Origin: Schmidtea polychroa | Taxonomy: Eukaryota | Assembly (NCBI GenBank): GCA_044892525.1 | Contig: CM097887.1 | Span: 74,524,001-74,588,000 of the forward strand | DNA: 64,000 nucleotides | Reading direction: 5' to 3' | Part shown: positions 50,565-61,280 of the stretch, piece by piece | How positions within the stretch are numbered: the stretch's first letter is position 1 | Layout of the letters: each line of letters begins with the position of its first letter | Translations under genes and position numbers: made by a program | Notes under the pieces: generated by a model | What the model was told of the DNA's origin: nothing | Database searches by the model: none | What the model saw: only the letters and a program-made list of their open reading frames with translations

Positions 50565-52026
50565 CAAATTTTTAAATATTTCAAAGTTTTTTATTTCAGA
50601 AATCGATTACAATTTTGACCGTATGTTTCTTCAAATATGTTTAAAAAAAGAAATGTGATGGTCTACGGAACTCATGTAATCTATAAACATAAAGTTCATT
50701 ATCGTATAATAAAGATAAAACCTCTATTAATTTACGAATTATTTTAAACATTATCTTTATGGGAAAGCATCACACTTTGTACTATTTACAAAGCTAAAGA
50801 CAATGCAAACAATAACGAGGGCAATGGAAATTATAGAGCCTACTGAAATTGCTAATTAAATACACGATAAAAGCTATAAAAAGTCAGATAATTGGAAAAC
50901 ATTTATAATAAAACTACTTAAACAAGGGAAAAACAGAATTAATTAAATTATTATTGTTGATTAATGACATTTGATGAATTCCTTATTTATGCATTACTCT
51001 GTAGTAAAAGAATATTTCTGTGGAGATTTGTTTGAATAAAATTTCAAGTTTCAAAATAAATTTAAAATAATAATTACTAATAATAAATAATACTAAATAA
51101 TAGTAGTAATAATAATTTCTATCACTATTAAGTTTAAATTTAATTATAAATTTATATATAAATATATGTTACAGCTAAAGTATAAACTTAGACAATGTAT
51201 TCATTAACTAGATAATGTATAAATTCTCTAATAAAATACATAAATGTTATTCTAGTATTCCATGTTGCAATACACCATACTACCTAGATATAATATACAT
51301 TTTATTATAGCCTAAAAATTTTACTAGTGACTGTATACTTTAACTGAATTGAAAACTTTAAATGTAATGTAAACTTTAACTAGTTAATATATAGATTGTC
51401 TAAGTTTAGCTGTAACATATCTAATGCATTAATAATCATTTGTATTCTCATAATTTAATAAATTTATAAATAAATATCATGATATCCTATTCATTTGTCC
51501 GTTAAATATTATTCTCTATAATTTTACAAAAAAATCTCAAATCAACCGTTCGATTTGCAATCTGCCATCCGTCGGGATTCATTGATGGCAAAATGTGAAT
51601 CCTTGTGCTTTCAATAATGTTCCTGACCCATTCGTTGCCAGCAATATGTTGATCGCATAAATAATCCGCTAGGAACAACAGCAACTCTCGGCCGACCACT
51701 TCATTTCCATGCATGTTTCCAACATATTTGAATTCGGGAATTCCTGAACATATGAAATAACAATGAGAAATGATGGGAAAGCGGAAATAACCTGGAATAT
51801 GTCTGTCAGGTGATTTTCCAAATGCAATCACATATAGTCGATTATTATTAATAGTTTTCTCGATATCTCCACTCTTCAGATAATACAAGTGAGTAATTGA
51901 GCTGCATTTGTCATTGATCTGCTCCAAAATGTTTTTTAGTTCAATATTGTTGTGATGACGATACTCGATTTTGCCCATGGTCCCCAGGACACACAACACG
52001 AGAATCAAGCATAGGTATTTACTCAT
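32336..52026 (-). CDS. CPE: Carboxypeptidase E/N-like metallocarboxypeptidase (M14B); complement join(52026..51792,51743..51547,49284..49135,45555..45392,39165..39038,32983..32844,32796..32661,32613..32336), about 475 aa
   Basis: Signal peptide. Motifs [48 protein letters not shown]...[51 protein letters not shown] and [12 protein letters not shown] (transthyretin-like domain). Zinc and catalytic residues present. All 7 introns are GT-AG and phase-consistent. An alternative GTGAGT donor at 32368 is possible. CPE versus CPN/CPD assignment is not certain. Confidence 0.9.
36485..37854 (+). mobile_element. Tc1/IS630-superfamily DD34E element (Gambol-like), apparently intact, in a CPE intron
   Basis: About 90-100-bp TIRs starting TAGGGTTTTTAGTTTAAATAG / ending CTATTTAAACTAAAAACCCTA, with internal ~21-bp subrepeats. 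Flanked by TA. Confidence 0.9.
36610..37662 (+). CDS. DD34E transposase (likely start 36631, MDQPTC...)
   Basis: N-terminal HTH. Motifs [27 protein letters not shown], with 34 residues between the second D and the E. No stops. Confidence 0.92.
   Translation: MFFCEPFMDQPTCIPDRRSKNISDEKRLDIIQALEGGNLTRTSVAKTFNVSYSSVVKIYGDFCKTGKVEKLKVGGRKPKKLSVENITFIKDLLLENCSLTLNEIKLKVFERFAVSVCEATISSYIESFNFSIKRIPKISNAAITETLVTERRTYSSWFLEKVNEGKKFLFFDETGFQVTMRKHYGRSKKGKKAIEIAPGIKSRNKTVMACMWKGGLIHYAALNTAGNRVSCLEFMETLCEILTFENLTNVAIVMDNVSFHKCSEISTFIESKGHQIKFLPPYSPFFNPIEFMFSQWKGIVRSRKPNTDVELLRIIDDFKNILTVEQCENYVRHVTNNIIKCLGGINVFEE
39558..41080 (+). mobile_element. Non-autonomous hAT deletion derivative
   Basis: Termini CAGGGCCG...CGGCCCTG. 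Near-perfect 8-bp TSD TTTAAAGG/TTTAAAAG. Internal remnant [21 protein letters not shown] (about 40470) typical of ZMYM1-like hAT transposase N-termini. Confidence 0.8.
40052..40200. repeat. Long near-perfect palindrome (fold-back, about 65-bp arms)
   Basis: GTGTTGTCGTAAAAAAATCAGATTTAGTAGGGACAAAAAATTCGTTACTAAAACCGCAGATGGCA is complementary to TGCCCTCTGCGGTTTTAGTAGCGGATTTTTTGTCCCTTCTAAATTTGATTTTTTTTTCGACAACAC. Loop about 18 nt. Confidence 0.88.
41690..42510 (+). pseudogene. Decayed Merlin (IS1016/ISXO2-like) transposase
   Basis: Frameshifted pieces [22 protein letters not shown]...QWYVG, PGSRIIS..WRAY, FIDP...[19 protein letters not shown]. Confidence 0.8.
44407..44672 (+). mobile_element. Non-autonomous Helitron
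   Basis: 5' A|TCTCTCTATATATAAAA start. 3' end GAAGCGAAGCG...GAGCCCCTAG|T. Sits at an A/T junction with no TSD. Confidence 0.65.
44720..44839. repeat. Dispersed hairpin repeat, copy 1
   Basis: 32-bp arms (44767-44798/44808-44839, 2 mismatches) preceded by TTTCATCACTGATTTCTTTTCCATTG. Homologue at 52918-53025, partial at about 46987-47020. Confidence 0.8.
46076..46144. repeat. (TAA)n microsatellite
   Basis: Pure TAA run. Confidence 0.97.
46901..46977. repeat. (TA)n microsatellite
   Basis: Pure TA run. Confidence 0.97.
48271..48303 (-). mobile_element. Possible Helitron 3' terminus
   Basis: Minus strand reads GGGCATTGCAACGCATGCTGGGATTTTGCTAG|T, a GC-rich hairpin-like segment followed by CTAG. 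Confidence 0.4.
49617..50282. mobile_element. PIF/Harbinger-like MITE
   Basis: Degenerate TIRs GGGTCATCCATAAA and reverse complement of TACTTTATAGACGGCACCC. Subterminal G-rich tracts at both ends. Confidence 0.5.
50499..50564. repeat. (TAA)n microsatellite
   Basis: Pure TAA run. Confidence 0.97.
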
Positions 52027-52917
52027 GAAATAATAATAACAATTAAATGCTTGCTGTTAAAAGTAATTCACAGTGATTCGGTAAAACAAAGTTGTTTTAA
52101 ATTAATTTTATTCTTTATTTTTCAAAGTAAATAAATATTTTCTAAAAGAAAGTTAAAAATTTTATTGTAAAATTATTGTTGAAATTTTTTAATGAAATTA
52201 TTTTCTTTAAATTTTAGTAAATATTAAAATTTAATTTTCGCTGTAATGAAAAATAACGAATAATAAATATTAAAAATGAGGATAGAGGTTAGTAAATTTT
52301 AATTAAATTCTTAAGTATATTTTTACACTTTTATCTTCAAGTATACATAAATATTTTGTTTACTTTAATTGAATTCATTTAATGTTTGACCTGTTCAGAA
52401 AAAATATATTATTTTTTATTTTTTATTTCATACAAAATTAACCTCAATGAATACATTTTGTAATTAGATAATATTGAGAATAATTGTCCTGTTGTCTCAA
52501 CAAGAATGCATTTTCTTCGACATTGTTATCTATAATTAATACAACGCACAGTTACTTATAGTTAGACTTACACAGGTATTACACAGCTGAATATGTCACT
52601 CAATATCCTCTCGTAGTTTTCCCATCAGATCATTACAGTTTTTCTTTTGTTGGTCTATTAAGTTAATACTGTGGCACGAATGAAGATCAGACATGTATCT
52701 TCACATACACATAACCTTTTGTTTAACTACACCCAGAATATCTCAGACACCAAGCTTCACAACACAATCATTTACGGTCATTCAGTATTTATGTAACTTG
52801 TGATTAACTTTCCGTAAATCATCAGAATGTAAACATATTATATTGTTTCAATAAAGAAATACATTTGTGTTGAACAACTTTCATTAACTTTAAATGTTCT
52901 AAGAACCTTTTTTCCAA

Positions 52918-53025
52918 TTTCACCACTGATTTCTTTTCCATTGTATTTATTAAAAAGCTTGAAGACTATAAATCAGTAATATATCGATGTTTTTGATATA
53001 TTTATTGATTCATAGTCTTCAAGCT
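52918..53025. repeat. Dispersed hairpin repeat, copy 2
   Basis: Arms AGCTTGAAGACTATAAATCAGTAATATATC (52956-52985) / GATATATTTATTGATTCATAGTCTTCAAGCT (52995-53025). Same loop GATGTTTTT as copy 1. Confidence 0.8.
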
Positions 53026-53479
53026 ATTTAAATGTACTAAATTAATGATTTTGTTTTCAATTTCGATCATTTAAATGGGTGATTTTTTTCACAAGGTTTA
53101 AATCAAAGCATCATTGATTTAATTATGAGAAAAATTGCCTCTTTAAATCGGAGATTTATTTGATTAATCTGATAAGCTAAGATTTTTATTGGTATATTTT
53201 TTACTTTTCTACTTTCTTGTCTGACATTGCTGAAGATGCCTGTGTACCGAGGATTTTCCAGTTCGATCCAGGTGTTTTTAATTCTTTAGTGGAAGTTCCC
53301 GAGTGTGCTTCCAATATATATTTCTTGGTAAAAATTGAATGTTATGAGATATGTAAGGAGAATATTTATTTAATTATTCATTATGTCAAATTTGTGATGA
53401 ATTGATGAATTGCTCAAAATATGAAAACAATATTTATACAACAATTTTTATTGTTATTATACATAGCTTGTTATTTTAA

Positions 53480-55330
53480 ATGACTCGTTCAATGTCTAAA
53501 ATGGCAACCATGGTAAGACAAATGATGAAGTTCCCAATGATTTCGTAAGTGAATTAAATAGGTAAGACTCAAAATTGTCTCTCATTATCAGTTATGATGA
53601 ACTTTGATGCATCACAGCGGCCGACCTAGTTATTTATAAAAAGTTCGACCATTTTCTTAGTGTTCATTGAGCGCAATAATTCCGATAAATAATTGTCACG
53701 ACTCTTGATGGTGGTAACGGCCCTACTATATCGATATGAACAGGATCAAAATGACTACCGGTTGGGTAGCTGATGATTAGTGGAAGTGTATTTCTAGTTA
53801 CCCTGTTTTTTTGACAATAAAAACAGGATTTTCACCACCGAGTGGGATTTTTGCGCTTGGAGGGCCAAACGACTTTTGTCCAGAATACTTATAGGTTGCT
53901 CGAACGCCACAGTGAGTGAGTCCATGGATTGCCTGAATGTTAGTGGTCTAATGGGTTTCCACAGAATTGGATGCGGGCATCCCGTCAGTTTCCTGTCAAA
54001 TATTATACCATCATGAATAATTGGCTTGTTTTTAAATCTATTCAGTTTCTCTTGATCTTTTGGGTTTTGCGTAGTGCTTGCAAGTCAAACAATGACTCAA
54101 ATGAAATGTCGCAGATTTCGATACGAGAAAAGCAGTCTGCAACTATTTTATTTTCCCCGGCAATATACTTGATGCTGAGATCGAATTCCAAGAGGCTGCT
54201 GATCGCTCTTTTATCATGGTAAGGCATTGAACCAAAGGTTTGCAATCTGTGACGACTGTCAATTTTCTGCCTATGAGTAAGTGTTTGAGATGCAAGGTGA
54301 AGTCCAAGAAAGTGAAGTAGTGAGTTTGAATGGAATTTAACTTATGTGAGAAGAATTGTATATGGTATATGGTTTCTCAGCTATTTTGTAAGTTTAAGAG
54401 GTAATTTTGAATTTTGAAAATTAAGCGTGACAATATTTTGCCAACTAGTTTTAATTAGTTAGAAAGAATTATCAGCATTTTCTATCCAGCAGATCTTAAC
54501 TCTCTTTGGACTTTGCGACAGAATAGTAATTGGGGCTATTAGCATCGAAAGGTTTATGATAAATATCCTTCAAAAATTGACAGTTCCTAAAAAGCTACGT
54601 AGGGCAGTGACGGTTTCTAGTCTTGGGAAATTTTTAATTACTTTTAATCTTGATTCGAGTGGCCTTATGTCTCGGGGAAATTTGATGGCTTAAGAAAGCT
54701 GCTGTTAATGTTAAAAATGAGCATTTTTCCATTTTAAGTTGGAGATTGTATTTATTAAGGTAAGATAGAGTTTTGCAAAGATCCTTTTTATGTTTTTCAA
54801 TGTTTGAAGACAACACAATAATATCATCAACATAAGCCACTGAGTGTTGATAATTTGATAAGCTTTAACTAAATCCAATGAAGAAAATACTGAGCAACCT
54901 GAAAACCTTTGTAAAATATCTGAATGAAAGGCATTGGATACAAATCTGGTATTGTTACTCTGTTCACACTTCTGTATTCACCACAGATTCTCAGAGAGCC
55001 GTCCTTCTTTGTTACTATTTAAAGTTGGGATGATGACCGTCAAATTATGCTTTCTAGCTGGAGAAATTCCTTTACTGTAAAGCCTGCACTACTTTGAAAA
55101 GAGAGTCCATGAAGAGGTTTTTTATGACAGTTTTGTTTTTTTTGAATGTCATGTGATCTTTTTTAGGAATTCTGTGGATTTTGTATCTAGTAAAGATCTC
55201 TTCCGTCGAGGTTTCGTAGTATTCTAGGATTTTTGATTTTAATTTGTTTTAAAAATGTTCCATTTCAATTACCTAGATTATATTTAAGGAGCACATTTAA
55301 AGGATCTCTGGCGGGAGATCAGAAAGTAGA
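53480..55330 (-). pseudogene. Decayed Ty3/Gypsy pol (RT, RNase H, integrase)
   Basis: Pieces KKDGSLRICGEYRSVN..T.PDLYPMP, FSSLDLVKAY, AYVDDIIV, LLEFDLSIKYIAGENKIVADCFSR, HIDIVGPLPPS. Many stops and frameshifts. Confidence 0.88.
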
Positions 55331-55649
55331 TTGTGGAATTTTTCGAGATGTGCAAAGTTTTTAATGTCGACTACTACAACTTAACATTTTGGGGATTCAA
55401 CTGCATCGAAGAAGTAGGGTTTTGATGTATGCGGTGATTGCATTGATGATATTCTTTTTTTTGTCTTTAGGGTTCTTCATCGGGTTTCGATTGCTCTTTT
55501 GATTTGCCTGTTTTCTTTCACTTTCAAATCGGAATCTGTTTCGTCTTTTTTTCAATTCATCAGTTTTATCTTAGTTTGGCTGGTCAACTTGTTTAGTGGT
55601 TTCGCGAGATTTCAAGTTTTCGTCGTCATATCTGTGAGCAATAGAGAAT

Positions 55650-56000
55650 ACAAGAATAAGGAAAATAAGTAAATCAGGGTTTTCAATGAAACCAAATAAG
55701 TAAGAGATGTTTGACTTTTGAAAATGTGACGACAGAAATCGAATTAATCCGTTTCTATTCGACATACGTTTGATGCTTGATGTTTGCGATGTATTCTTTC
55801 CAGTGTTCTTTGGATATGTTTTCCAGCAAAAAGTTTCTCTTGGCACATTTAACGATAAGTCATCACTATCAATAATTCCTTTCATAAATGATAGATATTT
55901 CGGCATTATATCATCAAAATACTCAGTGATAAAAACTTTTCACGTAGACTTTAATATATAGAGGCAGGAACACGTTGGAACAAACAATTTGACTAAATTC
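55650..56000 (-). pseudogene. HSP90B1: Decayed fragment of endoplasmin/GRP94 (HSP90 family middle domain)
   Basis: LFVPT...[42 protein letters not shown], then frameshifted [10 protein letters not shown] and SNR...IRFLSSH. These match the GRP94 stretch [42 protein letters not shown]...FWKEFGTNIK...SNRTRLAKLLRFQSSH (recalled from memory). Confidence 0.8.
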
Positions 56001-56756
56001 AAGCATTTTTCTTTCAGAATTTATTATTTTAGGAACGATTTCCAAAGCCCACCAGAATCAGAAACATATAAATTAATTGGACCGCCAAATGGATCTGAAG
56101 AAAACGATGTTTATAAGAATTAATTATAATTCAATGATAATGTTAAGAAATCTTGTCGATGATGCTAGAAAAAAGAAAAGAAAATTGTGATGAAAACCAG
56201 AATATTAAAACTGAAATAAAATATCAAAAAAAGCAGGATTTGTGGAAAATAAAAATCACATCATAAAAATAGAAAATTCAAAGATATGGATAGTAGGGTA
56301 CCCACCTTCATTTTACAATCACCCGGAAAGTCTTTCATAGAAACGCTGAGAATTTGAAAAAAATCGGATAATTTATTTTCACTATTTTCTTCCTCATTTT
56401 ATTCAAGAATATAATTGAATAAAGAATTTATTAAAATAGAAAAGTTATTCATTAAATTTAAACGCAAATTTTTAGTCCTGACTTCTTGCAAAGAGGGGCT
56501 AAATAAACCAAAATTTTTCTCGTTAAATACTCAACGGACCTAAATGCATGTATAATTTCAAAATTCTGATTTAAAATATTTTAAGTCACTTTTAACAAAC
56601 TAATATAAAAAACAGGAGAAATGGCTTGACCAGACCGGAGACCGGAGATATGTTGAAAAAAACGGAGATCTCCGGATGAAACCGAAGAGGTATTCATCAT
56701 AATTCTAAGTAGTAATGGAGTTGATTTTATAGAAAACAAACATAAATTTTTATGTC

Positions 56757-57250
56757 ATGACGGATTTAAGAAAGTTCTTGAGCATTTATCAAGAAATTTT
56801 GATATGGAATATAAAATCCAAATAATTGGAAAAGTAATACAAAGAAGTGAACTGTGCCATATACGAAAAGCCATGATAATAAAAACTAAAAAGCCTGTAA
56901 AAGGTTTATCTGTAACTACATTATTCGAAACAATGTTTATCGATTTCTGTGGCCCACTAAAGCTGACAATACATGGGAAATGATTCCTCACAATAATTAT
57001 AGATCAATTTTGTAATTTAATCTCATTAAATGCTCTGTCAAAACAAGATGAGGACACGACTGTAAAAACAGTTCTAAATCAGTATATTCGAAAATACGGG
57101 TCACCAAAAATTATTCATCGTTCTCATGGAAGGTCATTTGAAATCTCAGTTATTTAAAGATCTGGCAAAGGACCTTAATTGAAATATGGCATATTCTAGT
57201 TCTAATTCTCAATCGACAAACCGGTTGATATAAAAACAATAAAAATCAAA
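56757..57250 (+). pseudogene. Decayed LTR-retrotransposon integrase fragment
   Basis: HDGFKKV...ELCHIRK (HHCC remnant), FETMFIDFCGPL, FLTIIIDQF, YGSPKIIH. Contains an in-frame stop. Confidence 0.8.
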
Positions 57251-58321
57251 TAATTAAAACAAACAATTAAAACTATATTAAAAAATACTAGGATTTTCCC
57301 GGGGGCCATCTGCGCCCTTTTTTCAAAATCCCAAGTCCTTCACGTGAGTAAATAATGAGTAAATAATTTTCAGTTCATAAGAATGATTTATTTATTACAA
57401 AATTTCTCTATACACAATATTGCGCGTGAAAATACGATTGTCATTGAGTAAATGAATATTATAATAAATATAATATTAATATAATAAAAAATAATTATTA
57501 TTTATTTATTCGTTTAAGTTACTTATAACAATAAGTAGATAAATTTAATAAAATATAACTGAAAAATAAATTGAGCGTTACAGAATCATGAGTGAGTGAC
57601 CTGTGCCTTTATAATATAGACTAATTTAATTATTAATTATATTTCATATGTAAATGTATAATTATCAATGTATGATGTAATGTATGATGAATGAATTCTA
57701 AAACAATATATTGTGTTTCAGTTGTCCATCGTACAAATGTTTTCCTTTATTTTCGCATTGTTTGGCTGAGTTTGCATCAAATTCCAAGACATGTGTGATA
57801 TTCGAATCGGAAAGTCTATATGTTCTTTATGGATCTTGAAGTCGAGTTGGTCAATGGTGAATGGTATTTGAATTAAATATTTAATATAAGGAAAGATTGG
57901 GTGCAAGAATATACTAATATTATATATTTATATATATATATATATTACAAATATTTTTTATTAAACAGTAAAACTCTAATGAAACATTTGAATCAAGAAA
58001 TATCTTGGTGCAAGGAAACATGAAAAAGTATTTGAATGAATCCAACAACAAATTCTGGTAGAGAAAAGAACCTGTTAAATTGAATTATATACATCATAAT
58101 TAACCAAATCAAAAAAAATAGTCGGAAAGATTGCAATACACTACAACGAAACAAAAAACAACTTCCTGACAGATGCTATCCTTAATTGCGAACAATAGTA
58201 AATTTTTCAAGTATAAAAATCCCCATAGCAGCTGTCAGAAAACGGAACTTGAATATCCTGAAAAATAAAATAATCGTTATTTTTATTTTCTAGACCATAT
58301 AATATTTCATTCCATCAATTA

Positions 58322-59563
58322 TTGGTTCTTGTAATATTTATGAATAATAAAGAGCCAATAATTTACAGACCAAATGGTTACGCAGGATTGTTTAAATGCC
58401 AATATTCTTGTCCAAGAATTCTCTCGGCGTACAAAACGGTTAGTATTCCATCTATCTCAACAATTGACTTGTCATTTGAACCGACGGAAACTCTCAACAA
58501 AATTCTTCTTTCAACCAAACCAATAACTTATCTCGATTCTCAAGAAATGATTATTGAAAGACCTTTACCAAATCCTCTTGAATTCACTGAAGATTCTTCA
58601 AAATCCGGAATATGCGACGTGATTCAAATCAGCAACAATTCTGTAACGAATATTAATCATCCCTATCAAACTCTGAAAGGAAATTCGAATTTCAACTCCA
58701 CAAATACAAGTAGACCACAGACCTCAAAACGGCCGTCGAGCTCCATTGGAAAATTTATCTACATAAACAGCTTGAATTTCAATTTCAATTTAGGTAACGA
58801 TATGTTTGATAGTAAGTCTGATATTGTTCTTTCTGGCCAGTCGTTACATAAGGTGAAAAATGTCCAAAAACAGAAGCTTTTCAAAGACGACAATGTCACA
58901 CAAAATCCAGAAAAATTCATTTACACCAAACAGCAAAAAATAACAAACAGTGAAAAAAATAATAATTCTCCTTTACATTATTCAAGAATTAAAAGTAATT
59001 TAATTATAGACAAAGAGAAAATGATGTCGACAAGTACGATGAAGTCGGACAAGTCTTCTCTTTTGAGATCTGCCGACGATAATTTATTAATTTATAAAAA
59101 ACCAATTCCGATTATGTCTTCGAGAGATATTTTATTGAACACCGTCACAACATCAGCTGCCTCAAACATCGATCAAATGTCTATTATGGCACCACTGGCC
59201 GGGACACCGATCAATAATTCAATAAAGTCATTCGGGTGTGCTGTAAAAATTAATAGAAACATCACAGAACCTGAAAAATCAATTGTTATGGTAAGTTCTA
59301 CACCTAGTTTGGTTTATAGCAATTCAGGATCATCTTCGTATCCGTTAATTGATCTAAAGTATAAATGCCCTATGGGAAAAACAAGTTCTCAGTACCTTGA
59401 AAACAATAAAGACCTTAGAGAAATGTACAAGCAATTTGAATATAATGGTTATCAACATATTAGATTCACAAAGATGATCAGTCGAAACCGATCAGAAAGT
59501 GCCAAAACTGCCGATTCTTTTGCTAATGTTAAAAATAGGTTGCATCGTTTAACTTTAATTTGA
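58322..59563 (+). CDS. Hypothetical Ser/Thr/Asn/Lys-rich protein (413-aa open frame, probably a large exon)
   Basis: A 1.2-kb stop-free frame is unlikely by chance at this AT content. The frame stays open upstream to a TTTTCTAG acceptor at about 58292. No recognisable domain. Confidence 0.6.
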   Translation: MVLVIFMNNKEPIIYRPNGYAGLFKCQYSCPRILSAYKTVSIPSISTIDLSFEPTETLNKILLSTKPITYLDSQEMIIERPLPNPLEFTEDSSKSGICDVIQISNNSVTNINHPYQTLKGNSNFNSTNTSRPQTSKRPSSSIGKFIYINSLNFNFNLGNDMFDSKSDIVLSGQSLHKVKNVQKQKLFKDDNVTQNPEKFIYTKQQKITNSEKNNNSPLHYSRIKSNLIIDKEKMMSTSTMKSDKSSLLRSADDNLLIYKKPIPIMSSRDILLNTVTTSAASNIDQMSIMAPLAGTPINNSIKSFGCAVKINRNITEPEKSIVMVSSTPSLVYSNSGSSSYPLIDLKYKCPMGKTSSQYLENNKDLREMYKQFEYNGYQHIRFTKMISRNRSESAKTADSFANVKNRLHRLTLI

Positions 59564-60319
59564 AGGATTTCCAAGATTATCAAATATTCTCGATATTGGT
59601 CTTTTATTTTTTTGTTTAAATCATATATTTCTTTTTAGTAAAATACTGAAATTTATTAATCCAGCGTGTAAATGTTTCAAATGTTAAAAGCACAAGAAAT
59701 TCAAGTTTTCAGTTGATTAAAACAAACAATTTAAAATTTTAGAAAACCTTAGAAAAAATATTAAAGAAAAATTAACGTATTCATAAATAACAAATGAATT
59801 TGACAAAGAAGAAATTTTTCAAAAATAAAGAAAGATAAATTTATTTTAAAATATTTTAGTGGGCTTTTGTGAATGTAATGAAATTTAATCTAATTTTAAT
59901 CACTGCTCTATTTAATGATATCGAATTTATATTCTCTTATATTTGTTTCATTACTAAAAGTTGATGAAGATAGATATTTTTTTTTGAAATAATGACTTTG
60001 GACATTAACAATTGCAGTGTTATTGCAAATAAAAATTAACCAAAAGTGTTTAATATTTTTTGTTAAAGAAAAATTTACCCATATTCCGCATTACTGCATT
60101 CACATTGGAAATAAATTGGCAATATAGCAGGGTTAGATTAAAGTGAGAATCCCTCTTTCATTAAAATATGGCTAGAGGTCCATCCGTATCTACATTTTGG
60201 CACAGCCCTGGCATTTTAATTTTATGACATGAGCCATTTTCATCATTTCTTTAATTTAGTGGAAATTTTCAAACATGGCATTAGTTAGTAACTGTCGTCA
60301 GTTGGATTATTATTTTCAT

Positions 60320-60480
60320 AGATAGAGCAAATGCCGTTCTGTGGCTTCAACAAATTGGACTTTTTCCAACGATTAAGAGATGTGAAGTTCATCAATCGCT
60401 TATGTCGTTTTCCAAAACTTCAAGAAGTCTAGGTCGTTTGAAAAACGAAATTATAAAAAGGAATGCAGGACCGATAGACA
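60320..60480 (+). pseudogene. Possible Merlin transposase N-terminal remnant
   Basis: DRANAVLWLQQIGLFPTIKRCEVH...M resembles the Merlin N-terminus. Short and weak. Confidence 0.4.
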
Positions 60481-60539
60481 CTAGGTATTAGGCATGATTG
60501 CCGATGTATCCAAAAACCTTCGACTGATATTGTGCCCCC

Positions 60540-61280
60540 AACAATAAATGCAGCGCAGCCAAACTCCTATCCATCATTAACAAATACACTGGTCCCGGGA
60601 TTACAATTCGTACAATTTGCTGAGTTTAAACTTTACTCTCAACTTTGATGATGGGCTAGTTGATTTCTGGAGTAAATTATTTTCGACTGGCGTTATTGAT
60701 CTTTCCCTTGGCTCAACAATAGTTGCAAAAGATTCTGCTTTGGATTGAGTAATTTTTAAATTCAATTCAATTTTCATGATCTTTTTTTAATCAATTTGTC
60801 AAAGTTGTAAAAGTCGACATAACAGAGCTTTTTAGAACTCCCTTTTCACTCCTGTAAAAAATTAGTCTTGCAAAAATTATTTCACTTGTTTTGCCACATC
60901 AGCTTATTCGGGTTTCATTTCAAAAGCTTTCACTGCCTGAGTTGATAAATGATAGGCAACCAGATTAGTTGAAAGGTAATGGTGAGAAGAACCTCAATAA
61001 AATGAACACCAAAAGCCAGAGAACTAATGACAATTTACAAATTCACTCTCCGACTCATCTGGCCTTTGCACTCGACTTTAAAATTTCTGGCGCATTATTT
61101 GTTTTATATCACCCTAGATTAACTTGGCTGCCAAGGCATCTTTCAGCTTTGTCCAATCAATTGCGATGGTCCTTTTGTCAATTTTTTGCCAAGCCTCTCT
61201 TTGCTGCTTCATTTAAATATAATGGTAACTGTTGCACCATAATTGATTAGCTCCATCCATAAGCCGTAGTGTAGTGTGGT
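60540..61280 (-). pseudogene. Decayed Gypsy gag
   Basis: AYGWS*SIMVQQLPLYLNEAAK...DWTKLKDAL...RVQRPDESESEF, a retrotransposon gag-like pattern with stops. Confidence 0.65.

Noticed and set aside
51502-52026. ORF-track 174-aa protein as a complete single-exon gene
   Set aside because: It reads through a 48-nt in-frame intron and into intron 2. It is exons 1-2 of the CPE-like gene.
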